Shown: positions 39,576 to 50,800 of the stretch, piece after piece
How positions within the stretch are numbered: the first letter of the stretch is position 1
Layout: each line of letters opens with the position of its first letter
Source: an uncultured Cytophagales bacterium
GTDB taxonomy: Bacteria; Bacteroidota; Bacteroidia; Cytophagales; JAAEPT01
Reading direction: 5' to 3'
NCBI GenBank assembly: GCA_963815495.1
Contig: CAWFGW010000007.1
Location: 129,531-193,530 of the forward strand
Length of the DNA stretch: 64,000 bases
Translations under genes and position numbers: made by a program
The notes under the pieces: model-generated
The model's database searches: none
What the model saw: only the letters and a program-made list of their open reading frames with translations
What the model was told of the DNA's origin: nothing

Positions 39576-40550
39576 ATGACTAGGGTTTTAACAGGAATTC
39601 AAAGTACAGGAATACCACATTTAGGAAATATTTTAGGCGCTATTAAACCTGCTATTACCTTATCTGAAAAGGAAGGCAATGAGTCGTTATTCTTTATCGC
39701 CAACTATCATTCACTCACCACTGTCAAAGACGGTAACTTATTACGTGAAAACACTTACGCTACTGCAGCAGCTTGGTTAGCTTGCGGCTTAAATCCAGAA
39801 AAAACTATTTTTTACCGTCAAAGCGATGTATCAGAAGTTTGTGAATTAGCCTGGTTTTTAAATTGCATCACACCTATTCCGATGCTAGAAAACGCACATT
39901 CGTTTAAAGATAAATCTGAAAAATTGTCTAAAGACAAAATTAGTGCCGGACTATTTAATTACCCTGTATTAATGGCTGCAGACATTCTATTATATAATGC
40001 AGAGGTTGTTCCTGTAGGTAAAGATCAAAAACAACATTTAGAAATCACACGGGATTTGGCAAAGTCGTTTAACAATTTGTATGGTGAAGTTTTCACAATT
40101 CCTGAATCTAAAATTAATGAGGATGTAATGACTGTACCAGGAATTGATGGACAAAAAATGAGCAAATCGTATGATAACACAATCAATATTTTCTTGGAAG
40201 ATAAACCTCTGAGAAAAAATATTATGAAAATAATTACTGACAGCATTCCTATGGAAGAACCCAAAGATCCATTTAGCTGTAATGTTTATAAACTTTTTTC
40301 TCTTTTAGCAGATGAGAATCAACAGAAAGAAATGCAAAAAAATTACGAAGGTGGAAATTATGGTTATGGTCATGCAAAACAAGCACTATTTGAATTAATT
40401 ACATCAAAATTCTCAGAGGAAAGAAAATTATTTAAAGAAATAGTTTCCAATAAACCCCACCTTGATAACCTGTTATTAGCTGGTGCTAAAAAAGCAAAAG
40501 AAATAGCAAGTATAACGTTAATTGATGTTAGAAAAGCGTTAGGGTATTAA
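39576..40550 (+). CDS. trpS: tryptophan--tRNA ligase
   Basis: HLGN (HIGH) and KMSKS motifs, 324 aa. Confidence 0.92.
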   Translation: MTRVLTGIQSTGIPHLGNILGAIKPAITLSEKEGNESLFFIANYHSLTTVKDGNLLRENTYATAAAWLACGLNPEKTIFYRQSDVSEVCELAWFLNCITPIPMLENAHSFKDKSEKLSKDKISAGLFNYPVLMAADILLYNAEVVPVGKDQKQHLEITRDLAKSFNNLYGEVFTIPESKINEDVMTVPGIDGQKMSKSYDNTINIFLEDKPLRKNIMKIITDSIPMEEPKDPFSCNVYKLFSLLADENQQKEMQKNYEGGNYGYGHAKQALFELITSKFSEERKLFKEIVSNKPHLDNLLLAGAKKAKEIASITLIDVRKALGY

Positions 40551-41929
40551 AAAGCATTTTCTTCACCTTTAATCATATTATAAATCGTCATAAAAATAAT
40601 TTGAATATCTAAGAAAAGACTCCAGTTTTCAATATACCATAGATCGTATTGAACACGTTTTTTCATAGATGCATCATCCGTAGCACCTCGATATCCTTTT
40701 ACCTGTGCCCAACCTGTAATCCCTGGCTTCACAAACTGTCGAACTAAAAATTTATCTACTTTATGAGAATACTCTTGAGTATGTTTAAGCATGTGAGGTC
40801 TTGGACCAACAATTGACATACTTCCCAGAAAAACATTTATAAACTGTGGGAGTTCATCTAAATTAGTTTTTCTAAGAAACGAACCAAGTCCAGTAATTCT
40901 AGCATCTCCCTTTTTTGCTTGTACATTATCAGAATCATGGTTTAATTCCATACTACGAAATTTTAAAACTGTAAACTCTTCATTATTTCTTCCGTTTCTT
41001 AGCTGTTTAAAAAAAACAGGCCCCTTAGAACAACATTTTATTAATAAAGCCACAATGGGGAAGACGAAAGGAATCAAAATCATTAATACTAGAGCAGAGA
41101 AAACAATATCAAAAGTTCGTTTTATGAAACGATTTCGAATGCTTTCTAACGGTTCTTTTCTAATTGTTAAAACAGGCATATTTTCATAAAACTCTAGATT
41201 TAATCTTCGGTTTGAAATACCTCTAAAATCTGGAACCAGTTTAAATCGAATCATATGATTGTCTGCAAATGAAACTAAATCATTTATTCTATTTACTTCA
41301 GTCAATCTTAACGTACAATAAATTTCGTCAACTTTATTGTCTGTTAAATATTGAATACAATCATCGGTACTTCCAAGAAGTTTAGACTCATCAATCACTA
41401 AATCATTATCCGTAAATACACCTTCTAATCTATAACCTAATGAAATATCTGTCGAAATATAGTTATAAACTTGCTGTGCGGTATATCCATTTCCGATGAT
41501 TATAATTTTTCGATAATTATAACCCCGTTTCCTATATTGCTCAAGGACAATTAAAATAGAAAGGTGCCATATCAATACAAAAAAGTAAAAACTAACATAG
41601 GCAACACTGATAAGAATTCTTGAATAGTGGTTAGCACTTTTAGATACAAACATAAATGAGAAAACAAGAAGGGCGTGAATAATTACCTCTTTAGTTATAT
41701 TTTGTATTGAATCAAATTTGTTGGTTACACGTGAATATTTTTGGGTATCTATATAGTTTACTAATACAGCCCAAAACAAGTTCATCAAAATCAAAAGAGT
41801 TGAATATCGATCTTCAAAACGTAAAGTCCCTTCAAAATAATAATGGCTCAGAACTACGGCTAAATTTAAACAGAGTAAATCACCTACTAAAAAAATCTCA
41901 CCAATAAACCGAGAATATCTTCCTATCAT
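40547..41929 (-). CDS. polyprenyl-phosphate hexose-1-phosphate transferase (WbaP/WcaJ-like priming enzyme)
   Basis: N-terminal TM block plus the C-terminal sugar-transferase domain (KRTFDIVFSAL...GPVFFKQ...FRSM...DELPQFINV...VGPRP). Confidence 0.85.
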   Translation of the reverse strand: MIGRYSRFIGEIFLVGDLLCLNLAVVLSHYYFEGTLRFEDRYSTLLILMNLFWAVLVNYIDTQKYSRVTNKFDSIQNITKEVIIHALLVFSFMFVSKSANHYSRILISVAYVSFYFFVLIWHLSILIVLEQYRKRGYNYRKIIIIGNGYTAQQVYNYISTDISLGYRLEGVFTDNDLVIDESKLLGSTDDCIQYLTDNKVDEIYCTLRLTEVNRINDLVSFADNHMIRFKLVPDFRGISNRRLNLEFYENMPVLTIRKEPLESIRNRFIKRTFDIVFSALVLMILIPFVFPIVALLIKCCSKGPVFFKQLRNGRNNEEFTVLKFRSMELNHDSDNVQAKKGDARITGLGSFLRKTNLDELPQFINVFLGSMSIVGPRPHMLKHTQEYSHKVDKFLVRQFVKPGITGWAQVKGYRGATDDASMKKRVQYDLWYIENWSLFLDIQIIFMTIYNMIKGEENAF

Positions 41930-43125
41930 ATATTTTCCAACACTTTAGTAAACTGGTTTACACATTTGAGACTTGAGAAATTCATCAATACATAATCTCT
42001 TCCTTTCTTTCCCATTTCAAGTCTTAAATTCGTATCATTTATCAAAATCTCCAATTTTTTGGATAATTCCTTTATATCTCCAGGTGGAACTAAGAATCCA
42101 TTAACTCCGTCTTGTATTTGTTCAGGGGTGCCTGAAATCGAGGTTGCTATAACCGGCTTTTCAAATAACATAGCCTCGAGATTTGTGGTTGGAAAGCCTT
42201 CATTACCTTGAATAATTTGTTCTTTGCCGTCAATTAATATCATATCTTTTGAAACAGATGGTAGCACACAAATATCCATGGTATTATAAAATTGATAAGG
42301 ATTATCTTGTGCTCCTGATAATGTAAAGTTCGTCAAACCATATGTCCGAATTCGATTTTCCAAGAAGTGATAATAATTTTTGTGTTCAGGAAATTTAGGG
42401 CCTATAGATACAAAGACTACATTAAAGATACCTTTTTCATTTAAAAGGTTGGCGGCATCTATTAAGTAATGTAGACTTTTAAAAGGAATTAGAGAAGCTA
42501 CGCAACCTACAATGACATCACCTTGTTTTTTACGATTTTCAAAAAATGGAACCGCAGTCGATAAATCCTTACAATCCTTAATACCGTTATAAATGCGTGT
42601 AGTTTTTTTTCGTGAATAAGCATCTAATCTATCTTTAATATATTGAGATACCGTGATGATTTGATTTGGTATATATCGTAATAAATACCATGCTTTTTTA
42701 GGACAAAAGTACTCTGTATGGATATGTAGGATCACTTTTTTACCTAATAATTTAGCAACTGGAGCAATTAAAAAAAGACTTCTTACATCATTGCAATGTA
42801 CTATATCAGGATTTGTTTTTTTCAAATACTTATATAAGTGTGTTGCATAAGGAAAGTACTCTTTAAAAACAGTGATAATTTTCTGAAATACAGAAAGTTT
42901 TAAAGCTACTTTACCATAGGAATTCAAAACCACTCCTTTTGGTTGAATGATTTCTACACTCACTCCTTCTTTAATAAAATGATCTGGTGCAACACCTTCG
43001 CCAGAAAACAAAACTCTAGCCTCAATTTTTTGATTTAATTGTTTAATTATTTCAAAAAGGGTACGGTTTGATCCTGCCATACGCTGGGGGTTTGTAATGA
43101 AAAAAAGCACTTTCATTTTAAACAA
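41926..43125 (-). CDS. GT4-family glycosyltransferase
   Basis: C-terminal E-x7-E-like region (EGFPTTNLEAMLFEKPVIAT). 4-nt overlap with the downstream gene. Confidence 0.8.
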   Translation of the reverse strand: MFKMKVLFFITNPQRMAGSNRTLFEIIKQLNQKIEARVLFSGEGVAPDHFIKEGVSVEIIQPKGVVLNSYGKVALKLSVFQKIITVFKEYFPYATHLYKYLKKTNPDIVHCNDVRSLFLIAPVAKLLGKKVILHIHTEYFCPKKAWYLLRYIPNQIITVSQYIKDRLDAYSRKKTTRIYNGIKDCKDLSTAVPFFENRKKQGDVIVGCVASLIPFKSLHYLIDAANLLNEKGIFNVVFVSIGPKFPEHKNYYHFLENRIRTYGLTNFTLSGAQDNPYQFYNTMDICVLPSVSKDMILIDGKEQIIQGNEGFPTTNLEAMLFEKPVIATSISGTPEQIQDGVNGFLVPPGDIKELSKKLEILINDTNLRLEMGKKGRDYVLMNFSSLKCVNQFTKVLENI

Positions 43126-44222
43126 TATACATCATAGGACTTGTTAGCAACATCAATTACATTAAACCCCTGGGCTACTTTATAACTTGCATCGCCCATT
43201 TTTTGAAGATTTTCTCTGGATTTAGTCATTTTTATAACAGCCTGAACAATGTCATCAACATTTCCAACCCTAGTTAAATAGCCGTTTTCTCCATCAACTA
43301 ACACTTCTTTACATCCTCTATTGTCAGTGGTAATAATGGGTCTACCAGCCGCAGCAGCTTCAATTAAAAATTTTGGAGTACCCTCTTTATGCTTTGATGG
43401 AAAACAAATAATTGTTGCTTTCTCAACTAATTCAGGCATATCAGTTCTAAAACCAAGGCATTTAATAAAATTATATTTGGACCAACTTGAAATAACCTCA
43501 TCTGGAACAGAAGCAGGATTACCGGGGTCATTTTTACCAACTATTTGTACTTCAATATTTAAACCTTTTTCATTTAAAATTTTAGCCGCTTCAACAAGCT
43601 CTCCTACCCCTTTTGTCCATAATAATCGTGCAGCAAACAAAAGAATAATTTTACCAGTCACAGGCACTGGGGTTCGTTTAAATTTATTTAAATCTACACC
43701 TGAACTTCTAATCAAAGTCGCGTTTTCCTGACTAACTAAACCTTTTTTAACAAAATTATTTAAGTCATCAGGGTTTTGAAAAATAGTTTTACCCTTATCC
43801 AAAATCATTTTATATCCATAATTAGCAAAAGGTCGAAGTAGTTTGGCTTTAATTGAATCACTCGAATAGATAAATCCTAAACCTGCTATTGAATTTACTA
43901 TGTTAGGAACACCAGCACGAACAGCTGCAAAAGTCCCGTTTATATTACCTTTCATAGTAAAACTATGAAATACATCAGGTTTTTCTTTTTTAAGAATCGT
44001 GGCAATTTGAGCTATGGTTTTTCTTTCTTCAAAAATATTCAAACCGCTTCTGGACATTTCGATGGGATACCATTTAAATCCTTCGGATTGAATTTTATCT
44101 GAAAAATCACCTTTTGGTGAAATCATTATTGTTTCAACTCCTTTCTCTCTTAGAAGCGTATCAATAGGCACACGATAATTATACAAATACCAATCTGTAT
44201 TTGAAAAAACGACTAACTTCAT
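43113..44222 (-). CDS. GT4-family glycosyltransferase
   Basis: EGTPKFLIEAAAAGRPIITT motif. Overlaps its neighbours. Confidence 0.8.
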   Translation of the reverse strand: MKLVVFSNTDWYLYNYRVPIDTLLREKGVETIMISPKGDFSDKIQSEGFKWYPIEMSRSGLNIFEERKTIAQIATILKKEKPDVFHSFTMKGNINGTFAAVRAGVPNIVNSIAGLGFIYSSDSIKAKLLRPFANYGYKMILDKGKTIFQNPDDLNNFVKKGLVSQENATLIRSSGVDLNKFKRTPVPVTGKIILLFAARLLWTKGVGELVEAAKILNEKGLNIEVQIVGKNDPGNPASVPDEVISSWSKYNFIKCLGFRTDMPELVEKATIICFPSKHKEGTPKFLIEAAAAGRPIITTDNRGCKEVLVDGENGYLTRVGNVDDIVQAVIKMTKSRENLQKMGDASYKVAQGFNVIDVANKSYDVYCLK

Positions 44223-45370
44223 TATATATCTACTATTTCATGAAAGAGCTCATCATGCTCTTTTGCAATATTACTTACTTTAAAATCTAAAGCTCTCTTT
44301 TTAGCATTTTTGACGATCAGATTTCGCTTATTAGTATCATTAATTAATGTTTCTATCGCTTTCGCTAGAAAAGTCGGGTTTTTAACTGGAACTAATATAC
44401 CTAAATCGGGAGAGTTAATAATTTCATTTGGTCCATGAGGACAATCTGTAGCAATTACAGGAGTACCACACACCATTGCTTCAACAATCACATTACCAAA
44501 ACCTTCATATAAAGAAGGAAGGACAAATATATCTGCTTGAGCAATTACTCCAAAAGGATCATTTTTAAAACCAAGAAATTCTATCTCATCTTTAACCCCT
44601 AATTCATCCACTTGTTTTTTTAGTTCGTCCTCTAATTCACCACGACCTAATATTTGATATTTGAACTTTACTCCTTTATCCTTTAATAATTTCAAAGCCT
44701 CAAACATGTATGGATAGCCTTTCTGATAAGTTAGTCTACCGCACGAGACTAATACAGGTAAAGTGTTTTCAGTTGTCGCGCCTGTTGCTTCATCATAAAA
44801 CCGAACAAGCATTTCATTATCTAATCCAGCATTATAAATAACCTTCGTTTTATCTATTAATTTTGAATTCAACTGAACTAAACCTTCATTAACACCTTTT
44901 GAAAGTGCGATAATTTTATCTGCTAGTTGGTATTCGTATTTAATGGATTTAAGAATCAGCCTATTTACCCAATTAGATTGATCAGCATATGCATCTAATA
45001 CTGAGTTTTGCACAGCCAGTACCAATTTTGGCTTAATTACAAGTTTTTTATAGACTCTAATTGCAATTAGGTTATGAATATCTTGGACTGAAAAAAAGAT
45101 GTCTGGCTGAAATAATTTAACTTCTTTTTTTAATCCCCAGTATGAGGTAAAACGACCTAAAGTAGAAGATAATTTATATAGCAACCCACTCCCTTTTTTT
45201 ATTAGCAAAATTGATGAATCTAAATGCGCTTCATAATCACCAACTTTGTTAGGGCAAACAACTCTTATTTCATAGTTTAATTTAGCCAGTTCATTTAAAA
45301 CTCTAACTGTATGCTTTTCTGCTCCACCACTTCCCAAGTAAGAAGAATATACCAATAGTTTAATAGTCAT
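44222..45370 (-). CDS. GT4-family glycosyltransferase
   Basis: EGFGNVIVEAMVCGTPVIAT motif. Confidence 0.8.
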   Translation of the reverse strand: MTIKLLVYSSYLGSGGAEKHTVRVLNELAKLNYEIRVVCPNKVGDYEAHLDSSILLIKKGSGLLYKLSSTLGRFTSYWGLKKEVKLFQPDIFFSVQDIHNLIAIRVYKKLVIKPKLVLAVQNSVLDAYADQSNWVNRLILKSIKYEYQLADKIIALSKGVNEGLVQLNSKLIDKTKVIYNAGLDNEMLVRFYDEATGATTENTLPVLVSCGRLTYQKGYPYMFEALKLLKDKGVKFKYQILGRGELEDELKKQVDELGVKDEIEFLGFKNDPFGVIAQADIFVLPSLYEGFGNVIVEAMVCGTPVIATDCPHGPNEIINSPDLGILVPVKNPTFLAKAIETLINDTNKRNLIVKNAKKRALDFKVSNIAKEHDELFHEIVDI

Positions 45371-46279
45371 CTAGTTATTATTTGGCCATCCTTTAAAAGA
45401 TGAATGTACTCCCAATTTTTTTAATTCTATAAATTCATTTTTATAAAAATCTAATAAAAAACTAAGATTTTCACTGCTGATTTTATTCGTGATTTCTGAT
45501 TTATCAGAAAACAATCCTTTAATTTGCTTTTTCATAAAAGCACCCTGAGGTAATATTCCACCAATTTTTTTTACTACTTTAAATAGAGCTTTATGTTTAA
45601 TCGATAATGATTCATTTTCTTTGTTGAAAGAAAAATTAGAAAAATGTGATTTATCTATGTTTAAAAATCCACATGTATTAAATATTTCTTCTTTTGGATT
45701 ATTTTTTAAGTCTTCGAATATTTTGATTTCAATATTCTCTATACCAAAAACCTCTATCCAGTCTTTCAAATAATTTGAATAACAACCATACTCTAAATCA
45801 CGTGATAAAACATATAAACTTTTCTCATCGTTAATATATTCACCTAATACCTCTCTATTTCCTGATCGGAGAATTGAAATAAACTGATTCAAATCCAAAC
45901 CATCATTTATCCTAAGTAAGTTGTTTTTAGTGTAATTAAAAGAAGAAAATAATCTATCAATAGGATTTCTCAGTACAAATATAAATTTAGACTCTGGAGA
46001 TTTTCTTTTTAGAAAATCAGCGATTTGTTTTTGATATAAAAGATGGGTTGTACCCTCTAATAAAAGTTTATTGGGTTCAGAAAAATTATTCAAAAAAACT
46101 TCAAAACCATCAATATGAATATTGCTTTTTTTATTAGCTAAAGGATTTGTGTTATCCATCAAAAAAAAAGTTTCTTTAATTTTTGATGGTGACAATTCGG
46201 GGTGCGTGCTTAACCAATAAAACATAGAACTTGTGCCACATTTTGGTGCTCCGCCTAGAAAACAAAATTTATTATTCAT
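45371..46279 (-). CDS. PAPS-dependent sulfotransferase-family protein
   Basis: 5'-PSB-like loop GAPKCGTSS and 3'-PB-like VLRNPIDRLFSSF. Confidence 0.7.
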   Translation of the reverse strand: MNNKFCFLGGAPKCGTSSMFYWLSTHPELSPSKIKETFFLMDNTNPLANKKSNIHIDGFEVFLNNFSEPNKLLLEGTTHLLYQKQIADFLKRKSPESKFIFVLRNPIDRLFSSFNYTKNNLLRINDGLDLNQFISILRSGNREVLGEYINDEKSLYVLSRDLEYGCYSNYLKDWIEVFGIENIEIKIFEDLKNNPKEEIFNTCGFLNIDKSHFSNFSFNKENESLSIKHKALFKVVKKIGGILPQGAFMKKQIKGLFSDKSEITNKISSENLSFLLDFYKNEFIELKKLGVHSSFKGWPNNN

Positions 46280-47759
46280 CTAAATTGCTTTTTTTTAACT
46301 TTATGATACCTAACAAATAATAAACAATTATTACTGAAAATATTTCTTGTAAATAATGGACTAAAAAAAGTGAATACGGATTAAACCAAATTAACATAAT
46401 AGCATAGAGTACATAAGTTGACTTTTTATGTGCATTTTTCACATAAAAGTCAACCATCCATTTATGCATATAGCCATGGATAATTGCAATGAAAACAATA
46501 CCATAAATATAAAAATTCCAATAAGCTTCCATGTGAATGTTGGGTGGTATTCCCCCAACCGAGTTAAATAATATTGTTCCAGTATAATATCCGATTGAAT
46601 GGGGTTTATCGCCCCAGAAATATCTAGGAACAAAGAAGAACAAAGCTGAAGCATAGCTTTTACCATATAACAATCCGTATTCTTCAACTCCCTTGGAAAT
46701 TACAACAATGTTTGGTGATCGTAAAACATCCCTTTTAACAACTTCTTCTTTAATTGCTTCAGCATTATCGGATATAGATAAATTCGTTAACACTTCCCAA
46801 TCAACTTCGCCATTATATGTAGAGTTTCTTAACCGACCTAACAAGCCCATAGCTAAGAAACCCACAAATCCTAACATAAGAATTAAGGAATAGGGTATTT
46901 TTTTATGATGAAACAACCATATTATCATAATATTTTGAACTGCTGTAAAAATTGCCGTTCGCGACCCGTATGCTAAATAATTTATAACTAAAGAAATAAG
47001 TAAAAGAATAATAAAAGTCTTTGTTTTAAAAAAAGATTTATCATAGGCTACCAAAGTACTGATTAGTAAGGTACTTAAATTTAAAAATACAAAAACGATA
47101 CCTAGACCTTTTAGAGCATTTTGTCTACCCATTCCAAAACTTGAAAAATGAGATGTTATTCCACCGCGTAATTGAAAAAAAAGTAGTGCAATTCCAAATA
47201 TAAAAATTATCAATAGAATCACTTTTTTTTTCATTTTATCTAAATCAAAATCACGTTCATGAATTTTAAATTTAGCATTAGCCTTAACTAAAAAAAAAGT
47301 GACATAATAAATGAATGTATACAGCAGAAAATAAGTTTTTTCTTGCAGTTGATAATTAGATAAAGCTACTTGTGATTCACTAAGTAGCGCTTCATTCATA
47401 ATAAAATTGTATTGAGGACTAGCATCAAAAAAGTTTAAAAATAAAGAATCAATATTTTTCATTGCTGACTTGGCCATAGATAAAAATGCTGGAAAGAATA
47501 GTGGGTGTAAAAACCCATACTTATTTTTTTTATAAAAAATGAAAGGAAAAATTATTAAAAAACTAGTAAAAATATCTACTGTAAGTCGCGTATAAGTATC
47601 AGGATATAGATTTCCATTTACGACCGTCTTCATCAACGGCAATACAGCTGATTTAATTAGATAATAACTAATAAACAACCACCTTAAGAAAATTGGAATA
47701 TTGATAAAGGGAGACCCGTTATCTTCTTTTTCAGTATTTAACTCCTCCGTTAAGGTCAT
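46272..47759 (-). CDS. Wzy-like repeat-unit polymerase (polytopic membrane protein)
   Basis: 495 aa with more than 10 predicted TM helices and a large periplasmic-type loop. Position within the glycosyltransferase operon supports the call. Confidence 0.6.
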   Translation of the reverse strand: MTLTEELNTEKEDNGSPFINIPIFLRWLFISYYLIKSAVLPLMKTVVNGNLYPDTYTRLTVDIFTSFLIIFPFIFYKKNKYGFLHPLFFPAFLSMAKSAMKNIDSLFLNFFDASPQYNFIMNEALLSESQVALSNYQLQEKTYFLLYTFIYYVTFFLVKANAKFKIHERDFDLDKMKKKVILLIIFIFGIALLFFQLRGGITSHFSSFGMGRQNALKGLGIVFVFLNLSTLLISTLVAYDKSFFKTKTFIILLLISLVINYLAYGSRTAIFTAVQNIMIIWLFHHKKIPYSLILMLGFVGFLAMGLLGRLRNSTYNGEVDWEVLTNLSISDNAEAIKEEVVKRDVLRSPNIVVISKGVEEYGLLYGKSYASALFFFVPRYFWGDKPHSIGYYTGTILFNSVGGIPPNIHMEAYWNFYIYGIVFIAIIHGYMHKWMVDFYVKNAHKKSTYVLYAIMLIWFNPYSLFLVHYLQEIFSVIIVYYLLGIIKLKKSNLDE

Positions 47760-47823
47760 TTTATCAAATAAAAAAAGTCATGATTTTACTCATGACTTTT
47801 ATGATATTATTATTTAATTGGAA

Positions 47824-50800
47824 TTAATCTATTTTAGAGAAAGATAATTTATCTGTTTGATTAGTAGCATAGTTCGTTAGAACTAAATGATAAATCCCAG
47901 AAGATAAATCAGAAACATCTATTACAAACTCGTTATCAATAGATTTCACTAAAGTTCCTTTTGAAGAATAAATTTCAACCCCCACATTACCAGAAAATTC
48001 TTCTGAAATATTTATAGACAATAAGTCCTGAGTTGGGTTTGGATATATTGATAAGGTCTGTTCTGAAGATAAAAAGTCAACTGAACTTCTTGCCCCAGAT
48101 AAAGTTGTAAACACCTTAGACTCTGATGGCAAAGATTTAGTTTCACCAGAGCAGTTAGATGATACTTGTACAGCATAAATATTCGAAGAAGTTAGAGAGG
48201 TTAACATTTTATAATTTGACCCCACATTGGTATCATAAATCCAATTATTACTATTAGCTAATTTATATCTAAAAGTATATGAAGTAGCTGCTGCTACCGA
48301 AGTCCAATCGACTTCTGCGGAAGTACTTGTAATATTGGTAATGGCAATATCTTTTGGAACTGTACAACTAGATGTACCACTTGTTGATTGATTTAACAAG
48401 CCACTCCAAGTGGACGTTAAGTTACCAGATTCACATACAGCACTAATTCTAAACCTATACAATGTTCCTCCGTCTAATGAAGCTACGGTATAAGAAGAAG
48501 GGTTTGTAGTAGTGGTTGGTGTCCAAACAGTCTCATATGAAGCGCGGGTAGTAATGATATAACTATCTGCACCAGAATCAACCCAACCTAACGTAATGCT
48601 GTTATCGTCAAAAGAACTCACACTAAAATTAGCTGGAGGTTGACATATCGAAACTCCGCTAGTTGTAAAATCATTTCTATTGCCTGGCAGAGATGTTGAA
48701 TACAAAGAAATTAAATCGTCTTCAGTAGAGCAAACCGTTTGGACTTCAAACCTATATACCGTACCCGCATACAAAGAGCTTAATAAAACATTTGTCGAAG
48801 ATGTATTAATTACATCGGTTATTGGAGCACTTTTAGGGCTATAAAGGACATTGTAGCTATCTGCTCCTGGTACAGGGTTCCAAGAAACCGAGCCAGCATT
48901 TTCACCAATATTTGTACCTGAAATTCCTGTTGGAGCCTGACATATATATGTTTCGAAATCTACTGAATCACTCCATGAAGACACGAGAGAAACATAATCA
49001 TTGGAACAATCCAATTGAACACCTACATAATATGTGGTTCCCTGATTTAAATTAGTAAGTTCAATATTTGCATCAGTTAACCCTGAAATTTCAGTCCATG
49101 ATGGAGTTCCTAAACTTCGATACCTCACGTTGTATACACTAAATGGAGTTGAGCTTGACCATGATAAGTTACTACGTTTAAAATCAATACTGTCTACAAC
49201 TAAGTCTAAAGGTAAATAGCTATCGCAATCAACTCCATAGTCTGTTAAAACACTGTCTTCAATTGAAAAACCGCTAAACACCTGATTATCAATGGAACAT
49301 TCAGTTCTAACTTGCCATGTATATAAAGTTCCTGAATCTAAAGGGTTTACTGAATATGAATTCGTTGCTATATTATTTACATATATCCATGATGGCGAGT
49401 TTGCCTCTTTATAACGTAACAAATACTCAGCTCCTGCATTTTCTGACCAGTTAAATTGAACAGTGTTGGTAGTTACCCCTGAAGTAGATAAACTTGTTGG
49501 TATGCTACAAGTATAATCAGAATTCGTATAAAATGTGAATGAGCTTGTAAAACCAGAGTTTGAGGTATTGTCAACATTACATTCAGTACCTACCTGAACT
49601 TGATATTGAGATCCAGCATCTAAACCTGTTAGTATACGAGAGTTTGTAGAAATATCGAAAATATAAACCCAGTTTGATGATGTTGTCTTTTTATACCTCA
49701 TAAGGTATTCAACACCAGTACCTATTATAGCTGTCCAAGACAAATTTGCCGTTGAACTCGATATGCTAGAGGCTGTTAAACCTGAAGGAATAGTACATGA
49801 ATAAGCAGGGCTAGTATAAAATGTTATTGAAGAGGTAAAACCAGATTTAGTGACATTGTCATTGTCACATTCAGTGCCAACCTGAACTTGATACTGTATT
49901 CCAGCATCTAAACCTGTCAGTATACGGGAGTTTGTTGATATATCAAAAATATAAATCCAATTGGCAGACGAAGTCTTTTTATACCTAACCAAATATTGAG
50001 CACCTGGATTATTTGACCAAGTCAAATTTGCAGATGAACTTGTTATACTTGAAGCCAACAAATTCGTAGGAGTGGTACATGGATAAGCAGGACTTGTATA
50101 AAAAACAATAGAAGTAGTAAAACCTGATTTAGAAACATTATCTATATCACATTCGGTACCAACTTGTACTTGATATTGACTTCCAGCATCTAAACCAGTA
50201 ATAGTACGGGAGTTAGTGGGTATATCATATATATAAATCCAATTAGCAGATGAAGTTTTTTTATACCTCATTAAATATTCAACACCAGTACCTGCAATCG
50301 CTTGCCAAGTTAAATTTGCTGAAGAACTCGTTTTTGATATTAGTTGAAAATTTGAAGGAATTGTACAAGAATAATTAGGAGCTGTATAAAAAGTTACCGA
50401 TGGAGAAAAACCTGATTTGTTTAAGTTGTCTACATCACATTCAGTACCAACTTCAACTTGATATTGGATCCCTGCAGTTAAGCCAGTTAAAGTTAGGGAG
50501 TTGGTTTGTATATTATAAATATAAAACCAGTCGTCAGATGTGGTTACTTTATATCTGACAAGGTACTCTACTCCTGTTCCAGCAATTGCATTCCATGTTA
50601 AATTTGTAGTTGAATTTGTAGTGCCTGAAACCGATAGATTTGAAGGGATTGTACAAGGGTATGAAGGGTTTGTGTAAAAAGTTATTTGTGTAAAACCTGA
50701 TTTTTCAACCTCACCACATTGAGTGCCAACTTCAACTTGATATTGAACACCAGCGTCTAACCCATTCAACATAAATGTATTGGATGGTATATCAAAAACA

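Noticed and set aside
43321-43731. 136-aa plus-strand ORF inside the glycosyltransferase gene. Similar antisense ORFs occur at 53988-54341, 28746-29027 and 6669-6857.
   Set aside because: Each is antisense to a well-supported gene with clear family motifs. None has independent support.
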